Source: a virus
DNA length: 20,071 nucleotides
Reading direction: 5' to 3' (one strand)
IMG/VR virus record: IMGVR_UViG_3300010268_000001
In this document: positions 16,701 to 20,071 of the stretch, piece after piece
Layout: every line of letters starts with the position of its first letter
Position numbering within the stretch: the first letter of the stretch is position 1
Notes under the pieces: model-generated
The model's database searches: none
Told to the model about the DNA's origin: nothing
Seen by the model: the letters and a program-made list of their open reading frames with translations, nothing else
Program-made: the position numbers and the translations under genes

Positions 16701-19700
16701 ATATACCGGATTGACGGATCAAACGCGTCAAATACCGCTACTCTTCTCTTTTCTGCGCCAGGAATTCCGCTGTAATCCGCGATGTCTTCCTTGAGCTCGC
16801 GCTCTGCGCCCTCGGGCAGATCTATCGTTTCTATATGGTATTCGCACGCACCGTCGGATGAGTTCAGGAGCGGATATACATCCTGCTCTATCTGAGTAAA
16901 TGCATCATACATACCCATGACAGTCAGGTGTGCATAACCCTGCTTACCTTGTAGCTGTGCTGTAGGCCAGAACTCGACTGATGAGAACGAGGTAAGCGTG
17001 TTATCAATACCGCGGGTCCATTTAGATCTTGACGGCATCCAGTAAGCAGCACCGTACTTATGTGTTATTCCGTTACCGTCAACATACGCGTCGCCTGTAT
17101 ACGGAGTGCCTTCGCCGTATGCGACTATGTCCTCGGGACCGTGTGCTGTTACATACCAGTGCTCTCCGTCTGGAGATACAGCAATGTATTCAGGGTTGTC
17201 ACCAGTCATGCACCATTCGATTACCTCATCAATTGTCGGGTCAATGATACATACTGAGCCCTCACCTGAATTACCTACGTACAGTATGTTCTTAACTTTG
17301 TTATAAGCTATCGGACGCGGCTTGGAACCCACCTCTATCCTGTCCATTAATGTATTTGTTGTGGTGTCTATAACCATTACGGTATCGGCGCCGGCGTTGG
17401 TTATATACAGTTTATGACCTACGCTCTCCATCTGTGCCGGTGACATATCGCACTCGATGACAGATATAATGGACAGGTTATTTGCGTCAAGGCAATATAG
17501 CTTATTAGCGTCATAACAGGTTACGTACAGCTTGTTGCCAACAAGGTGTACATATCTAGGGTCTCCATCTATCTTTCTTGATGCTATTGCCCTGCGGCTA
17601 GCGATATTGATCTTCTGTACAAGACCTGTATTCTTACATGCTACAAACAAGTACCTGTCGTCTTCTGATATCGCCATGCCCATTGGGTAGTCACTGACAT
17701 AGATGCGGTCTTCTACCTGTCTTGTTGCTACGTCTATTATTGTGACAAAATCGGGTTCTGCCATACCGTCAGAGTCATTGTTCGATACAAATATCTTGGT
17801 CTGGGAATGGTTAAGCCTTAATTCATAGGGTTTGTTGCCTACGTTTTCGATGTATGTCCACTTCGTGGTGTCTCCCCAGTTTTCTGTATCTACTACAATA
17901 ACCCTGTTTGTTGCACGGTTAGCTACCCATACATACCTGCCATCACCGGTAGTAACTATGCCGGACGGGTTATGATGCCAGTATCTCTGTGTGGTATCAA
18001 ATACGTCATCTGTTGCGTAGAAGTTGTCGTCCGATTTATAACCCCATACCCTGTTAGCACCAAGCGGGTAAGTATGGTAATGATGGTGAGGTACGTATAA
18101 CCTTAGCCCGTCCTTGCTTATTGATACTCCTGACGGGTTAGAGCCACAAGGTATTCTCTGTAGTTCGACCAGTTCACCTGTTTCGTAGCTAAGCACGGAT
18201 ATGACGCATCTATTAGTAACAGTTACGTATATAATAGGAAGGTACGGATGATAGTTAAGCGTTGTACTTGAGAAAAAGTTCCAGGCCGCCTTTTCTTCGT
18301 CCGTAGCGTCCTCAGGAATGGCGAGCTTATCTTTCATGGTGTGGTCAATATAAGTAATCATGCCGCCGCCCGTATATTCTATGTATACGGTCTGACCTTT
18401 CTCTATCCTTCCACCTTCAACTCTTGTTATGTGTCCGTTGAGGATATCAACGGTATAGTCCTCGCCGAGTACATACTCGATTACGCCCTCTGTGCCTTTC
18501 GGTGCAGATCTTACATAAAAACCCTTAGACATATCTGGAGCTTCGTAACTGAGTTGCTTAGTATCTGTATTGAATGTTACAGGCTCATTTACTACCTCTA
18601 TCCTCGGGTTAATGATTGCTATTGCTGCGTCTGTTGTAGAAGCAAGAGATATTGCAATGTTTCCGTCAGGCAGTACGCGGAGGTCGTGTATAATACCACG
18701 GTTACCGGGATATGGAAGTGTACTAAATCTTCTGCACTGTTCAAGAGACACATCCATTGATGTAGGTATTTCGTATACGAAGTCTGACACAACTCCGCCG
18801 ACATAGATATACTTATAATCATGCGAAATATCTATTGGCATTGGTACAACTGCCATACCTCTTGGGTCTGTCATCGTCATGATTTTCTCGACGCGGAGGT
18901 TTTCTATGTCGAGCTTATACACGGTATCATCAAGTGATACGGTTGTATATGCATAACCTTTGTCATCGCATACTACTTTGGACGGGAATTCACCGACAAA
19001 GATGACTCCGAGCCTGTACCAGTTATTCGGGTCTGGGTCGGATGTATCAAATACAACCATATCCCAGGGCGATCTCTTACGGTCAATGTCGTCACCGCAG
19101 ACAACGAGTCTTGTGCCGTCTGGCGTAAATGACGCACCAAACAGTCCGCCCTTCCATGCCTTCATCTGTCTTATGATATTGCCTTCGTAGTCAAGTATTG
19201 TACAGAAGTTGTCAGCGTCAGCAGGCACAATGACGTACGGAAGTGTCGGATGTACGACGCTCCACTGCGGGTTAAATGACGACCTTGCCCAGTTAGGTTT
19301 ATTCGGATCGTCAGGATCTTCAGGATCCCAGTTATTTAGAGTACCATCTGGGTTAATCTTGAATGTGTAGATTGTATGCGGGTCTCTTTCACCATAGTCA
19401 GGCCATCCAACATAGTGGTATGTCGGGTTAGAGATAGAACCACCAGTTGACTGAGCGCGGCCCAGGAAGACTTCACCCTGGTTCTTCTGTATTACGCCAT
19501 AGTCGTCGGATACCATATTGAAGTTACCGTTACCGATGAAATTATTCGAAGTAACGACACCCATGTCGAGACCTTTAACTCTCAGGTATCCGCCACCTAT
19601 CAGGATTTCGCCTGTTGTATCAGAGTATACTGTGATAGCTCCATTCAAGACGCTAATGCCCGCAGGTGTAATATGGACGTTCTCTACGTATTCATTCTTT

Positions 19701-20071
19701 GTTTCATTCCATTGTCTGATTAGGATACCGGATGCTCCTGTACCGCTGTCGTCAATTCTGAGCACACCGTCTTTAATTGCGTCAGCATTGATACCACTAC
19801 CTGTGAGTGCGGGTTCGTATGTTATACCTCCGTCTTGCGAAATATATAGACCGTCGTTATTTAGTCTTACTACGCGTTGTGCGTTTTCTCCTGCTCTGTC
19901 ATACAAGTATATTGCACTAGTTACACCATCAAGGTATACGGTGTTAGTCGGACCTACGGCAAGTCCACCGATTATAGTACCCTGCCTTGCGGTGATGTCA
20001 CCCATGAAGTAGGCACCCTGTTTGTTAACTCTGAAAAGAACGTCTCCAACTTCATTTTGTGAGTACAGCTC
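13775..20071 (-). CDS. Giant tail-tip or central fibre (host-specificity) protein with two YVTN/YncE beta-propellers, an F5/8 discoidin domain and CBM-like domains; more than 2098 aa, 5' end outside the window
   Basis: The frame is open from base 20071 (ELYSQNEVGDVLFRVNKQGAYF-MGDI...), so ATG 20005 is probably internal. It has tail-spike beta-helix-type motifs (IIGGLAVG, ALTGSGINADAI), about seven blades at ~19290-18080, seven blades at ~17970-17140 (e.g. PEYIAVSPDGEHWYV), a discoidin domain (YIELDIGSVYYI...VEVSTD...W...RFLRF, ~16000-15705), a CBM6/35-like domain (GAWIEWTF...GEHTIKF...NFDIIKL), then IANGAITADKI, HPH and ARADHTHD. Confidence 0.9.
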   Translation of the reverse strand, partial: ELYSQNEVGDVLFRVNKQGAYFMGDITARQGTIIGGLAVGPTNTVYLDGVTSAIYLYDRAGENAQRVVRLNNDGLYISQDGGITYEPALTGSGINADAIKDGVLRIDDSGTGASGILIRQWNETKNEYVENVHITPAGISVLNGAITVYSDTTGEILIGGGYLRVKGLDMGVVTSNNFIGNGNFNMVSDDYGVIQKNQGEVFLGRAQSTGGSISNPTYHYVGWPDYGERDPHTIYTFKINPDGTLNNWDPEDPDDPNKPNWARSSFNPQWSVVHPTLPYVIVPADADNFCTILDYEGNIIRQMKAWKGGLFGASFTPDGTRLVVCGDDIDRKRSPWDMVVFDTSDPDPNNWYRLGVIFVGEFPSKVVCDDKGYAYTTVSLDDTVYKLDIENLRVEKIMTMTDPRGMAVVPMPIDISHDYKYIYVGGVVSDFVYEIPTSMDVSLEQCRRFSTLPYPGNRGIIHDLRVLPDGNIAISLASTTDAAIAIINPRIEVVNEPVTFNTDTKQLSYEAPDMSKGFYVRSAPKGTEGVIEYVLGEDYTVDILNGHITRVEGGRIEKGQTVYIEYTGGGMITYIDHTMKDKLAIPEDATDEEKAAWNFFSSTTLNYHPYLPIIYVTVTNRCVISVLSYETGELVELQRIPCGSNPSGVSISKDGLRLYVPHHHYHTYPLGANRVWGYKSDDNFYATDDVFDTTQRYWHHNPSGIVTTGDGRYVWVANRATNRVIVVDTENWGDTTKWTYIENVGNKPYELRLNHSQTKIFVSNNDSDGMAEPDFVTIIDVATRQVEDRIYVSDYPMGMAISEDDRYLFVACKNTGLVQKINIASRRAIASRKIDGDPRYVHLVGNKLYVTCYDANKLYCLDANNLSIISVIECDMSPAQMESVGHKLYITNAGADTVMVIDTTTNTLMDRIEVGSKPRPIAYNKVKNILYVGNSGEGSVCIIDPTIDEVIEWCMTGDNPEYIAVSPDGEHWYVTAHGPEDIVAYGEGTPYTGDAYVDGNGITHKYGAAYWMPSRSKWTRGIDNTLTSFSSVEFWPTAQLQGKQGYAHLTVMGMYDAFTQIEQDVYPLLNSSDGACEYHIETIDLPEGAERELKEDIADYSGIPGAEKRRVAVFDAFDPSIRYIENIDFVIDYDRKTISRLGNAIPPSRVRQNAGPLNGTTPVSLIPNGYKYNEIKVFPLNQTTGQYKEGKDYIINRENNTIARTENSSIPDGETVTVEYYYYIKVRYFYHPYKRNYEDVVLSADVYWRWPRPENQWVRMEIDELVPKPIYVDNDQIEPWQPILDFGKGYYNKLERRYEFYDSKGNLLQEIPWYKGLVYSGISNRAIYGTFTASAEPISGDVDNLKSLVSDVVLPPGEQYIELDIGSVYYITEIIVKHTTDGRTINNVRVEVSTDYKTWTVVYQDDEAPSEYIITFPKTYNGETYNGPMKIRFLRFYANGTSVSDENVWKQIKVMGDWKANTSYTFASNTLWDSEGVRESYLTFQGVGEAYKIRFDDPTLTTDPLSPMTPPAQRVRYRLYYTKPDGEHDIRGEVEVYDMFDEHKYNGLRSDMTPVEGEQYDYIYDYLTNTIWLTENSRIKPGQEVRAIYRHVQEDLSNLPLAIPYRDPVTGKEATRGSVAETDVTGAWIEWTFRNEYRCDFYVGWIADIGLGNIAIYLDGKLIYSISQNTAKIERFSQLYTNLMPGEHTIKFVQQQGRVNFDIIKLQDYQLYYRNSNLIASPSINPVELFDWYTTKLSPGAARKYLGRGAQITSGAYDTVQTDKITKIPNHQVPIKYRVRFKTTLEGRGEAVEGKGSYGGEASKNEFDFEKGSVMITSVTMEYGVNPTYWRMAPAADKYPGFTIESWDPNEPLHTGIQEHHIANGAITADKIKKFQITDLHIANDAAIQESKLALNHPTHPHANKEFLDSMEGWGSSGTSNLVARADHTHDSMDGDLVIKGRIKELGKPYIAHSRPLYGLAGDPQFQTNSYTWETLVSHYNLFGFAMPPTEEGMKRKYRLYCVYGDNITANDSVNAKIRIVTDEATPQVVYEWTLPYTAGSSSGRCDAYSGFFEVNNTGKNHIIQVRIQDSDNTYTGSGKEVGIEWLELIAYDIYEEA

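Larger units (their letters stand above)
1..20071 (-). mobile_element. Phage or prophage (or tail-like particle) tail adhesion gene module
   Basis: All ten genes lie on one strand with overlaps or short gaps, and all carry virion fibre or adhesin motifs. No host housekeeping genes, att sites or integrase are in view, so free phage and prophage cannot be told apart. Confidence 0.8.

Noticed and set aside
1815-18822. Short alternate-frame minus-strand ORFs (1815-2114, 9323-9514, 10109-10297, 16036-16278, 18619-18822)
   Set aside because: Each is fully nested in a real CDS and has no coherent protein features.
20003-20005. ATG 20005 as the start of the giant gene
   Set aside because: The frame is open to the window edge and there is no good SD before this ATG.
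424-20062. All plus-strand ORFs in the track, such as 2624-3169, 12600-13148 and 19518-20012
   Set aside because: They lie antisense to long, motif-rich minus-strand genes, have shadow-frame composition and show no recognisable domains.

Overview
The window holds ten tightly packed, co-oriented genes on the minus strand that together form the tail-tip, tail-fibre and receptor-binding (adhesion) module of a large tailed phage or prophage, or a tail-like particle. Strong GGAG/GGAGG Shine-Dalgarno sites and Clostridia-phage-like proteins suggest a Bacillota host (inference). In transcription order (right to left) the genes are: a 5'-truncated giant of more than 2098 aa (two YVTN/YncE-type beta-propellers, an F5/8 discoidin domain, CBM-like folds); two paralogous trimeric fibres (855 and 940 aa); three paralogous LamG/CBM proteins (685, ~377 and 564 aa); a 288-aa fibre with (Ala-X-X)30; a glycine-rich adhesin that seems to start at a non-canonical ATT (314 aa); a 348-aa fibre; and a 3'-truncated beta-propeller gene built from 138-bp tandem repeats, which the ORF track missed. 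The most notable signals are recurrent nested (domain-inside-domain) insertions, fibre plus swappable-tip gene pairs, and a recently amplified propeller with variation clustered in a few codons. No RNA genes, CRISPR array, integrase, transposase or reverse transcriptase were seen. All domain calls come from reading motifs by eye, not from database searches.
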